Part shown: positions 10,659-19,395 of the stretch, piece by piece
Numbering within the stretch: the stretch's first letter is position 1
How the letters are laid out: the number at the start of each line of letters is the position of its first letter
From: Acidimicrobiales bacterium
GTDB lineage: Bacteria; Actinomycetota; Acidimicrobiia; Acidimicrobiales; SZUA-35
Direction: 5' to 3'
DNA: 64,000 nucleotides
Assembly (NCBI GenBank): GCA_013003535.1
Contig: JABDIY010000137.1
Span: 21,591-85,590, forward strand
Program-made: the position numbers and the translations under genes
Notes under the pieces: generated by a model
The model's database searches: none
What the model was told of the DNA's origin: nothing
The model's input: only the letters and a program-made list of their open reading frames with translations

Positions 10659-11890
10659 ACCTCCGAGACCTCCGCGTTCCGGTTTGTCTGGCTGTGCTCC
10701 AGGCTGGTCTTCAGGCGAATTCGGCCCGCGGCCGTTCCCCCGCTCACCACCGAGAATCGCTCTGGCGATTGGTTGCGATGATATTCGACGGTTTCATCGG
10801 TGTCCTGCAACGCCACGGTCACTTCGAATGACCCTTGGAGAAGTGGCAGATCCTGGACCCGTAGGACGATCTCTCCTACACCGGGTTGGAGCTGACGAAG
10901 ATCATCGCCAGCGATGTCCGCGCTGGAAACATTGGCGATGGCCAAACCATCATGGCTGAAGAGCCAGACCCGCAGGCGAACCGAGTCCAGCGGTGATCGA
11001 CAAACGTAGCGAATTCTGGTGACCAGCTCATCCCCGGGGCGAAAGCTCTCGGATCCCGACGCCGGAGGATCGAATGCGACGCTGGTTATTTCAACCGGTC
11101 GACGATCGGCCGCTGGCAGCTCGGTCGCCACGCCATCACCATGGCGAATTCCGGTGCGGGCTTCCAGCGCGTCTCGATACACGACAACGCCGTCGCCGGG
11201 ATCGCCTTCATAGATCATCTTGCCGCTGTTGAGGACCACTGCCTTGTTGCAGAACAACCGCACCATGTCGGGCGAGTGAGTAACGATGATGATGGTCCGC
11301 CCGTCACGTTGAAAGCCCCGGATTCTTTCGAGACATTTGCGCTGGAAGGCTTCATCTCCCACTGCCAAGACCTCATCGATGAGGAGAACGTCTGGCTTCA
11401 GATTCACTGCCACGGCGAAACCTAGCCGGGCGAACATCCCTGAGCTGTAATGTTTGACCTGAGTGTCGATGAACGCCGGGATCTCAGAGAAGTCGATGAT
11501 GTCAGCGATCATTTCGTCGATCTGAAGCCTCGAGAAGCCTAAAATCGAGCCGTTCATATAGACGTTTTCCCGGCCGGTAAGGTCGGGGTGGAATCCGGCG
11601 CCCAACTCGAGCAATGCGCTCATCGACCCTCGAACGCGGACGGCTCCCGTATTGGGCCGGATGGTGCCGGAGATTATCTTGAGGAGCGTGCTCTTGCCGC
11701 TGCCGTTGTGACCCAGGATTCCGACCGTCTCCCCGGCCTGCACGTCGAATGCGACATCGTCCAACGCATGGAATGTCTCGGAATTCCCCCGACCGATAGA
11801 GAGCATCCGCTCCATCAACGAGTTCCCAACGCCGGTCTGGCGCTTGAAGGTTTTGGAGACGTGGTCTACCTCCACTGCCGTGTAGCTCAT
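10655..11890 (-). CDS. wzt: Polysaccharide ABC exporter ATPase with C-terminal carbohydrate-binding (Wzt_C) extension
   Basis: GHNGSGKST, YSSGMFARLGFA, LIDEVLAVGD, plus ~150-aa beta-rich C-terminal domain. Confidence 0.9.
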   Translation of the reverse strand: MSYTAVEVDHVSKTFKRQTGVGNSLMERMLSIGRGNSETFHALDDVAFDVQAGETVGILGHNGSGKSTLLKIISGTIRPNTGAVRVRGSMSALLELGAGFHPDLTGRENVYMNGSILGFSRLQIDEMIADIIDFSEIPAFIDTQVKHYSSGMFARLGFAVAVNLKPDVLLIDEVLAVGDEAFQRKCLERIRGFQRDGRTIIIVTHSPDMVRLFCNKAVVLNSGKMIYEGDPGDGVVVYRDALEARTGIRHGDGVATELPAADRRPVEITSVAFDPPASGSESFRPGDELVTRIRYVCRSPLDSVRLRVWLFSHDGLAIANVSSADIAGDDLRQLQPGVGEIVLRVQDLPLLQGSFEVTVALQDTDETVEYHRNQSPERFSVVSGGTAAGRIRLKTSLEHSQTNRNAEVSEV

Positions 11891-12813
11891 CAGAGCGCCT
11901 CACCAAAGTCGCCTTCGAGACGAGCGAATACCTTGATCCCGACGAGGCAGAGGACCAGGGAAGTGAGCAGAGAGATAGCCAGCATTGTGATCAGGAACCC
12001 TTGACCTCTCATCAGAAGTTCGAAATGCGCTTCTTGATCGGCGGGAGAAAGGTTGGATGGGTTGTAGAGAACCCTATGGAAAGTGACCATGGGTGCGATC
12101 ATCGGGTTGAGCACGGTCAGCCACTCGGCTCGCTCCCCGCCCCAGTCGCGCAGGGCGCCTGCCACGAAGTCGTACTGGTAGACGATCGGTGTGAACCAGA
12201 AGAGCGAAAGCAGTGCCAACTCCAGAAAGTGGCCCGTGTCTCGGTAGTACACGTTGTAGGCGCTGAGAATGAAGCCCAGGCCCGTTGCGAGCAAGATCGT
12301 GGCCAGCAGCGCAGGAATGAGCATCCACAGCATGCTCCATGCCGGCACTTGACGGAAGACGGCCAGGCCGATCACCAGGACCACGATTTGAAAGAAGAAA
12401 CTGATGATCGATGCACCAACGGCGGCGATCGGCAGAATTTCCCGAGGGAACCACACCTTCTGAACCAGCGCTCCGTTGCCGATGATCGAAGACGTGGCAC
12501 TTCCCAATCCCACCGAGAAAAGGTTCCAGACGAGAAGACCAGACAGAAAGAGCAGCCCATAACGCGGCGGTCCTCCCTTGAGAACGAAACCGAACACGAA
12601 GCTGAAGACCAGCAGGTAGAGCAACGGATTCAAAAGGGTCCAGATGAAGCCGAGGAAACTCTCCTTGTAGCGGACTTTGAGTTCCCGGCGAACCAGGTTC
12701 CCCAGTAGTTCTCGGTACTCCCAAACATCTCGGAGGCGCTGGGGCAGCGACCGTGGCACGCTCCCGTGCTCGATGAGAGGGGGAATTCCATCCGCCGATA
12801 CTGCTGCAGTCAC
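11890..12813 (-). CDS. wzm: Polysaccharide ABC exporter permease
   Basis: RELKVRYKESFLGFIWTLLNPL, KVWFPREI, YYRD, TPIVY, LNPM. Confidence 0.9.
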   Translation of the reverse strand: MTAAVSADGIPPLIEHGSVPRSLPQRLRDVWEYRELLGNLVRRELKVRYKESFLGFIWTLLNPLLYLLVFSFVFGFVLKGGPPRYGLLFLSGLLVWNLFSVGLGSATSSIIGNGALVQKVWFPREILPIAAVGASIISFFFQIVVLVIGLAVFRQVPAWSMLWMLIPALLATILLATGLGFILSAYNVYYRDTGHFLELALLSLFWFTPIVYQYDFVAGALRDWGGERAEWLTVLNPMIAPMVTFHRVLYNPSNLSPADQEAHFELLMRGQGFLITMLAISLLTSLVLCLVGIKVFARLEGDFGEAL

Positions 12814-12864
12814 TCCACGATCGTAGTGCCGGAGCCGGCCCGCATCGGGTACCCCGACTCTCGA

Positions 12865-14277
12865 TCAGCTTGCGGTTCGGGGGGTGCGGGTAGCGAAGAA
12901 GATCGTTCGTGACCCGCCGGTGAGGGTCTCGCGGCGACGCACCTCGAACCGTTCGCCGAGGAGACGTTCAAAGTTGTCCAGGGTGTAATGGCTATAGATG
13001 CCCGGGCGTTTGTTGCGGAGCAGTTTCTGTACCATCTGGTCATTCTCGTCAGGGAACTCGATCACCAGATTTTCCGTAGAGTCGGCGAGAAGATCGAGTT
13101 GTTGCTGCAGCGGGATGTTGAAGGTCAAAGCCAAATGGTGAATGACCGCCAGATAAATCACGGCGTCGGGGCGGCTGCGGTGAAACAGCCCGGGACGCTC
13201 TGAACCCCGCCAGCCAACGCCGCCCCCGGCGGTGGAGAGATCCACGACCAATGGAGTGATCCGGTTTGCTTCTACCGAAGTCTCGGTCCGGAGCTGCTTG
13301 TAAAGCTGGTCGATCACAAGTTCGTCGGCATCCATGGCCAGGACCACATCGGCATGGTTGGCGGCGATTCGGCTGAACATCCCGTCATTACAGCCAACAT
13401 CCCATACGTGGCCCAGTGCTCCAGCACCGGCGAGACTGTCGTCGACAAACGCCGCCTTCTCGGCCAGGCTCCTGGATTCGTAGTGGCCACGATCGCTGTA
13501 GTCGGACCAGAGCGATTCGTCCAGACCAGTGTCCATGCTTTCCACGAGTTTGCGCGTCTTGGCCACCGTGGCCAGAAGGAGTTCCGTCTTCATTCCGGAC
13601 TCCGCCACGTCTTCAGCGACCCCCTCGTCAGAATCGGCAAGTTTGGCCTGCGCCAACGCGTGAAACAAGACGTGGGTGAAGCGGCCCCGCTGGCGTTTGA
13701 GACGTAGCGGCCCCAGGAGACCCTTCGCCTGATCGACGGGAATCCCGTGTACGGAGCCTCGCAGGAACGGTTGAAACGAAACTCCGGCGTAGGCCTTCAA
13801 CATCAGCGGGTACAAAAAAAGTTCGCAGAACTGCTGGTAACCGAACCAGGGATCAGACCGCTTACGCGGTTGAAATGATCCAACGTCGATGAAGATCGGT
13901 GTAGTTCCCACGAACTGGATGTTGTAGGACGAGGCGTCCTTTACACCAACTCCAGCCAGGGCGCCGGCCCGAACCAAATCCAACTGGAGAAGCGCGGCGT
14001 CTTTGAGCATCTGGAACGACCATTCGAACGGAAACGTGATCAGATCCAGTTTCGGGTGGCGCAGGATCGAGGTGGCGGGGGCAACATGATCTTCGACCGC
14101 CATGAGTTCTGATTCGATGACAGTGCCCAGCTGGATCTGGGATTCAACGAAGGGCCAGACGGCGACTCGATCGGACTCACCCATCTCCGAAAACAGTCGA
14201 TACACACTGTCATCAGCCACGACGACTCGGCTGAGAGGGTCTCGAAACGACCCGGAGTCCGCTTCGAGGAGAGCCAC
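12865..14277 (-). CDS. NoeA-like protein: N-terminal kinase-like domain plus C-terminal SAM methyltransferase
   Basis: SFRDP; KDASSYN (DxxxxN catalytic loop) and FIDVGS (DFG-like); WDVGCNDG, AMDAD, LAVIHHL. Confidence 0.75.
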   Translation of the reverse strand: MALLEADSGSFRDPLSRVVVADDSVYRLFSEMGESDRVAVWPFVESQIQLGTVIESELMAVEDHVAPATSILRHPKLDLITFPFEWSFQMLKDAALLQLDLVRAGALAGVGVKDASSYNIQFVGTTPIFIDVGSFQPRKRSDPWFGYQQFCELFLYPLMLKAYAGVSFQPFLRGSVHGIPVDQAKGLLGPLRLKRQRGRFTHVLFHALAQAKLADSDEGVAEDVAESGMKTELLLATVAKTRKLVESMDTGLDESLWSDYSDRGHYESRSLAEKAAFVDDSLAGAGALGHVWDVGCNDGMFSRIAANHADVVLAMDADELVIDQLYKQLRTETSVEANRITPLVVDLSTAGGGVGWRGSERPGLFHRSRPDAVIYLAVIHHLALTFNIPLQQQLDLLADSTENLVIEFPDENDQMVQKLLRNKRPGIYSHYTLDNFERLLGERFEVRRRETLTGGSRTIFFATRTPRTAS

Positions 14278-14280
14278 GGC

Positions 14281-14472
14281 TCAGGAGGCAGTTTCGGAAG
14301 CGAGTGGTTCGCCGACGTTCTCGACGACTTCGCCTTCGGGCTTTGCGCCCTTCCCAAGGCGAGCCTTCAAACGCCGCATCCCCATTTTCCCGGCGACGGA
14401 GAGCCCTGCGGCACCACCTGCCACTGCGGAAGCGATCATGCTGCCGGTTGCAGCGTCTAGGTAAGAGAACAT
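14281..14472 (-). CDS. Small single-TM protein with YLDxxTGS motif
   Basis: MFSYLDAATGSMIASAVAGG, then hydrophobic helix and basic stretch; -10 TAACGT 7 nt before ATG; ends 3 nt before next start. Confidence 0.75.
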   Translation of the reverse strand: MFSYLDAATGSMIASAVAGGAAGLSVAGKMGMRRLKARLGKGAKPEGEVVENVGEPLASETAS

Positions 14473-14473
14473 T

Positions 14474-14488
14474 CCCTAAACGTTAGGG
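14474..14488 (-). promoter_or_regulatory. -10 element TAACGT inside palindrome CCCTAA-ACG-TTAGGG
   Basis: Perfect 6-bp inverted repeat covering the -10 and start region of the small peptide gene. Confidence 0.45.
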
Positions 14489-14552
14489 CACTGGCGCAGG
14501 CAACCCGTGGCACTATGCAGGATCAACGATTGTTCGATCCGGCTCAGTTGGC

Positions 14553-16286
14553 TCATCGCGGGAGTGCATCGAAGAGAGGTTCGGCCGATTGCCCGGGCGG
14601 TACAAAAGAGTGGAACCGGTCCACGGCTGCTTGAAACTGCTGGGGATCGACGGACAGGATCTGTGTCCGGCCCGGCGGCGGTTCGCCGTTGAGTCGATGA
14701 CCCGCCATCCGTTCCGCAGGTAATTCACCGATTCCCATCACGTCCATGATGGTGGGAAACACGTCGGTGATCTCGGCCAACCGGTCGTCCTCAACCCCGA
14801 CCGATTGACCGGGGTATTTCACGAACAGGGGGACCGCCGCCAATTCTGCGGTGGTTTCCGGCAGCAGGGTTCGGGCGGGGAGACCTTCTTGGAGCGCACC
14901 ACCATGGTCCGCGACAACCACGATCAGCATCTCATCCATGCGCCCGGTGGCCTCGACGCTATCGAGGAACTCCCCCAGCAACATGTCGGTGAGTTCGAGC
15001 TGCATTGCATACATCAACACGCCGCGCCGATGATCGGGCCCAACCGGCCAGGTGTTGTCGTCAAGCCACGGGATCCACTCGGCCTCATTGCCTGACCCGT
15101 CGGGCCGAAAATACCAGGGCGAATGCGGTAACAGCACGTGTTCGTAGTAGAAGGCCGGTTCGTCGAGGGTTCCGATCTGGCCGGTCAGGGATCGGAACTG
15201 ACCTTGTAAATCTTGCTCCAGATCGTCCCACGGGAACTCCCAATCGTCCTCGGCGGTGACGTCGCGGGGTCGGGTGACCCGGGGTTGCCGGAACCGAGTC
15301 CACTGGTTGTTTATGTTGGGCACCCACCGCTGTGCGACTCCGGGAGGCAGAACCTGGTTCTGAACGACGATCAGACTGTCGTCCAGCAACAAAGACCAAC
15401 CAAGATCGGGAAACTCGCATACGTCGCTAGGGCACAATCGTGTAACGCTCTCCCATGCCTCGACCCGATGCGTTGTAGCGAGTTCGGTGAACAGATTGCT
15501 GGGATAACTGGACACGGTGGGTGCGGGATCGTCGGTCCTCAGCTCACCGGAGAGAAGCGCCGGCACCGCCACCGATGTCTGCGTGGAGACCGTTGTTGCA
15601 TTCCGGTACCACGTGCTCATTTCAGCCAACCGGGCGAAGTTCGGGAGCCGCGCCCGGTCGATCTGACCCTCCTCATCCAACATTGTGGCGAGTGGCAGTT
15701 CGTCGAAAACGATCAGCGCGACCGAGGTGTCGTTCAGGGCATCCGGAAGACTTCCCGATTCCGATGAGCTGCTGCCGTTCCCACCGAGAAGCCCCGATAC
15801 GGGGCTGAGGCCGAGGAATAACACCGGGAAGATGAACGAAATCCAACCGAGATTGATCATCAGCCGTTGAACCAGGTCCATCCGCAACGCGACCCAGGCC
15901 AGGATCGAGAGCAAGATGACGAGCGGTAACGCCACTTCGATTTGAAGATCGAGGGGCCGCCACGCGTACCCCGCCAAGGCCACGGCGGTGAGCAACGCCA
16001 TTCCAACCGGAAGCAACGGGCGGGCTAAGCTCGGTGCCAGACGCTCGACTGCGAAAGCGATCGACCAGACCGCCGCCGCCGGGCCAAGGAAGATCAGCAG
16101 TGTGAGACCAATGATGTCCGCAGTGCCGCTGCGGTGAGCTACGAAGAACGTGGGATTCTCCCCGATCAACCCGAAAAAGGGCTGGCTGAGTCCGATCCCG
16201 AAGATCCCGAGCAGGATGAGGAATAGTCGCCAATCCGCCGAGAGACCCCGGTGTACTACAGCGCGGTCTCCAGTCTCAGCCTGCAC
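14553..16286 (-). CDS. Membrane-anchored alkaline-phosphatase-superfamily (LtaS/EptA-like) transferase
   Basis: About 5 N-terminal TMs; IVFDELP, STQTSVAVPALLSG (Thr, no CxPxR), HVLLPHSPW, VVADHG. Confidence 0.75.
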   Translation of the reverse strand: MQAETGDRAVVHRGLSADWRLFLILLGIFGIGLSQPFFGLIGENPTFFVAHRSGTADIIGLTLLIFLGPAAAVWSIAFAVERLAPSLARPLLPVGMALLTAVALAGYAWRPLDLQIEVALPLVILLSILAWVALRMDLVQRLMINLGWISFIFPVLFLGLSPVSGLLGGNGSSSSESGSLPDALNDTSVALIVFDELPLATMLDEEGQIDRARLPNFARLAEMSTWYRNATTVSTQTSVAVPALLSGELRTDDPAPTVSSYPSNLFTELATTHRVEAWESVTRLCPSDVCEFPDLGWSLLLDDSLIVVQNQVLPPGVAQRWVPNINNQWTRFRQPRVTRPRDVTAEDDWEFPWDDLEQDLQGQFRSLTGQIGTLDEPAFYYEHVLLPHSPWYFRPDGSGNEAEWIPWLDDNTWPVGPDHRRGVLMYAMQLELTDMLLGEFLDSVEATGRMDEMLIVVVADHGGALQEGLPARTLLPETTAELAAVPLFVKYPGQSVGVEDDRLAEITDVFPTIMDVMGIGELPAERMAGHRLNGEPPPGRTQILSVDPQQFQAAVDRFHSFVPPGQSAEPLFDALPR

Positions 16287-16363
16287 GGCCCGACACTAGC
16301 CGACCACCAAGAGGGTCCGACCCATACTCGCCGGTGCACCCGCCCCAGCGTCGTTGATCCCTT

Positions 16364-16410
16364 GGTCACCTGCGATCACCGGGCGGGCCTACCGGTGAGT
16401 GCAGGTGACC
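16364..16410 (-). terminator. GC-rich hairpin just downstream of the SpoIID-domain gene
   Basis: GGTCACCTGC..TCACCGG / CCGGTGA..GCAGGTGACC inverted repeat; no U-tract. Confidence 0.55.
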
Positions 16411-16417
16411 GGGACAC

Positions 16418-18349
16418 CTAACCTCGAGTTTGGGCCTGATTGAAGTAGCGGTCCGTGGAAGCCAGTTCCACCGCCAAACCAATGTCGTCGACGGCGATCA
16501 GGCGAGCAGACCAGTACTCGATGGAGGCCTCACTCGGTGCGAAACCGAGAATGCGGGTGTACATGAGGATGGTGCGGTCCCGGCGGGATTCGGCAGAGTA
16601 GTAAAAGTTGGCAGCAACGGCGGTTCTACTGGCCTGCCGGGAATCGAGAAGGCCAACCCAATACGCCAGACCTCCTGCATCAGCCGGGCGGCCGAGGATG
16701 TCGGTGTAGAGCTGGCTCACAAATCCGCTGTTGGTTCCACCGGCCGTAAGGAAGTACTCCTCAGAAGCAAAGAAGTAGGACCCGATGGCGTCGATCTCCG
16801 CTCCGTCGCGAAGTGTCTTGCGCCAGTAGGCTTCGCCTGCGGCGTCGGCTGGACGACCGAACGCCGTTTGATACAGCTGGGCCAGCATCACGCCGGCGAA
16901 TTGATCACTTTGAGCCAACTCGGTGGCGAGGCCTGATCGACTTTGATCCGAGTAAACCCTGCTGGCCCACTCCTGTCGCGTTCCGGCATCGGGCTTTGCC
17001 CCGAGGAATGTCTCGGCGAGAGAGTCGACATAGTTGGAGATCTGTTCGGTCTCACCGCGCACGATCGGGCCGAGCGTAAACCAGTCGGATTTCAGGCCCA
17101 ACGTGGTGCGAGCGACCCAGCCGGTCTGCGTTACGGTTCCCTGCTCGAATCGGAACTCGATGAGAGACACGCGGCCGCCGTCGGCTCCAAGGCCGTTCCG
17201 CGCCGTGACGACAAGTTCGAGGAGCTTCCCCTTACCGAACTTGCGTTCCAACGAAGAGACGTCGACCACCTTGGTCCACTGCCGATTGGGGTTGGCGGTG
17301 GTGGCGTCGCCGTCATCCTGGACCGACGGAAAGGTTCCCCCGGCGGTGAATCCGCCGGTACTGGAGGAGAACTCGGTACGGGCCACCCGCCCGGCGGAGT
17401 TCAGACGAACCAGTCCAGCCGTTGCGGCGATGGCGGCATCAGTACGAGGATCAGTGGTGGCGTAAATACTGCCGCCTGCGGCTTGGTGGAATCGTCCCTT
17501 GAACACTTGGCATCGGGTGGTCTCACAGGTATCGGCGAAAGGCAGATGGCGAGTATCACCGGCCATGGCATAACTTCGAGCGGCCACGGCCTGCGCCTCG
17601 AGTGCCGGAGCCGGCCAGCTGGCCGGAGACTCGTTTGGAACAACGCCGCGCAGGTATTCCTCGATCGTGGTCACGTTGACCGTTCGGCGGGTTCCGGCGT
17701 GTTCGGCGGCAACGATCTCACCTGAATACCAGGTTCGGGCGCTGCCACTTCGGCACACGTGCAGCATCGACTCATGCGAGTCAGTTGCGGCAGGACTATC
17801 GGGAACCAAACGCACGTAGTCGTGTTGGGCGATCCCGCCGACCAGGGTCCAGGGGCCGGCACACGATGTGGCATAAGAAACCAGAAACTGCGAACCGTCA
17901 TGGCTGAGCCGCACCGCTCCGTTGGAAATGTAACCCAAGTCTTCATTACCGGGGCCCCGCAAGAGGATGTTTCCCGACTCCAAGCCAACGGTGGTGCTCT
18001 GGCCGGCGTTGTAACTGAGGTCCGCCCGAACCCGATTTGGGGCGACCATGTTGTCCGTCGGAACAGCACCAGCCACGGTTCCACCATAGAAGTGGTCGAG
18101 AATCTGGGCGCTGGACCAACCCTCATTGGCGTAGCCATATGCCCCGTATTGGCCGAGACCCCGACCGTGACCCCAGCCCCGACCGGTGATGGTGATCGTG
18201 GCCGTTTCGTCGGCGGCGCCGACAGGCGGCGACCACGCAAACGGAAGTAGGAGTATTGCAGCAGCGGCGGCGATGAGCCGGAGGCGGAGTGAACGCATGT
18301 GTAGGCCATCGGACCTACGGCGCGCCAGTGAAGGGGTTCCCCACAACAT
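16418..18349 (-). CDS. SpoIID/LytB-family lytic transglycosylase with C-terminal DUF4214-like repeats
   Basis: GWGHGRGLGQYGA, EEYLRGVVPNE, AQAVAARSYA, CETTRCQV; LGRPADAGGLAYW repeats; signal peptide; true start probably the later MRSLR Met. Confidence 0.85.
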   Translation of the reverse strand: MLWGTPSLARRRSDGLHMRSLRLRLIAAAAAILLLPFAWSPPVGAADETATITITGRGWGHGRGLGQYGAYGYANEGWSSAQILDHFYGGTVAGAVPTDNMVAPNRVRADLSYNAGQSTTVGLESGNILLRGPGNEDLGYISNGAVRLSHDGSQFLVSYATSCAGPWTLVGGIAQHDYVRLVPDSPAATDSHESMLHVCRSGSARTWYSGEIVAAEHAGTRRTVNVTTIEEYLRGVVPNESPASWPAPALEAQAVAARSYAMAGDTRHLPFADTCETTRCQVFKGRFHQAAGGSIYATTDPRTDAAIAATAGLVRLNSAGRVARTEFSSSTGGFTAGGTFPSVQDDGDATTANPNRQWTKVVDVSSLERKFGKGKLLELVVTARNGLGADGGRVSLIEFRFEQGTVTQTGWVARTTLGLKSDWFTLGPIVRGETEQISNYVDSLAETFLGAKPDAGTRQEWASRVYSDQSRSGLATELAQSDQFAGVMLAQLYQTAFGRPADAAGEAYWRKTLRDGAEIDAIGSYFFASEEYFLTAGGTNSGFVSQLYTDILGRPADAGGLAYWVGLLDSRQASRTAVAANFYYSAESRRDRTILMYTRILGFAPSEASIEYWSARLIAVDDIGLAVELASTDRYFNQAQTRG

Positions 18350-18423
18350 TTCAAAAGTTCAGCCGAAATCCCGTCAAATAGCCACTGGAAGTGGCCGATT
18401 ATTGCCTGAAGTGGGAACTTTCC

Positions 18424-19395
18424 TTACTCGATGAGTGTGGCCAGGGCTTCGGCGGTCTGGAGCGAGAACCGGCGTGCGGCTGCTTCCCCCAGGTGGGTGA
18501 AGTCCACGAAGTCGTTGTTGGTGAAGTCCTCGGCCACCGAAACCACGGGCACGTCCAGTTCGGCACCAAGGGCGGTCACGGTGGCATGAACCAATTCATG
18601 TTCGGCCGGGCCGGATCGATAAAGGTCGGTGAAACGAGGTGGGACCGGGAGTTCGACGAGAACAACCGCTATCCCGGCAGCAAGCAATTGGTCGACGGTT
18701 CGGGCAATCGCCGCAAGATCGTCTCGGTCCAGAACGAAAGGCGTGATCCGACCCCGCATCTCCGCTTGGCGTGATGGTGCAACGACGCGTCGAAAATCGA
18801 TGCGTTCGCCTCGGTCACCCATATTGGTCTCAGCCTCCCCTCGGTCCGTCAATCGCTGGTTCGCGATCACACCTGCTAGGGCGGATGGCTCTCGAAGAAT
18901 GGTGCGGTTCCTGACCAACGCCGAAAACGATGCTGCGGTGCGCTCCACCGACGCCGAGGCCCCGTCCTTGGTGTTGAGTGCCGATCGATACGCGGACTCG
19001 GTGGCCTGGCCGTACGCGGCCGAGATATCCAAGGCCGAGAGCCCCCACACCACGGTGGACACGTTCAGACGGTCCATCACTTGATCCAACAACCATGGTT
19101 CCACCACCACCGGGACGCCACCGTTGATGCCGGCGTTGTAGACAGATACCAGGTTGAGCTGGGCCGAAAGGACCGATGGAACGAGATCCTGCTGGGCCAT
19201 GGACGTTCCCACCACGACCAGACTCGGATCTGATCCCAGCGCATCCATCTGATCGATCTTGAGTTCGACAGCGTAGTCATGCCAGCGAAGGGCCTCAGAA
19301 CCCGGAGCTACCGCCACGCGGGCGATGCCCTCGGCGACGCCAGCAACTATCAGCGCGGCGACGAGGAACCGCAGCACCGCCACTCGACTCATCAC
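18424..19395 (-). CDS. SGNH/DltD-like extracytoplasmic acyltransferase
   Basis: N-terminal TM; VVVGTSMA, YNAGINGG, DFTHL (DxxH). Confidence 0.65.
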   Translation of the reverse strand: MMSRVAVLRFLVAALIVAGVAEGIARVAVAPGSEALRWHDYAVELKIDQMDALGSDPSLVVVGTSMAQQDLVPSVLSAQLNLVSVYNAGINGGVPVVVEPWLLDQVMDRLNVSTVVWGLSALDISAAYGQATESAYRSALNTKDGASASVERTAASFSALVRNRTILREPSALAGVIANQRLTDRGEAETNMGDRGERIDFRRVVAPSRQAEMRGRITPFVLDRDDLAAIARTVDQLLAAGIAVVLVELPVPPRFTDLYRSGPAEHELVHATVTALGAELDVPVVSVAEDFTNNDFVDFTHLGEAAARRFSLQTAEALATLIE

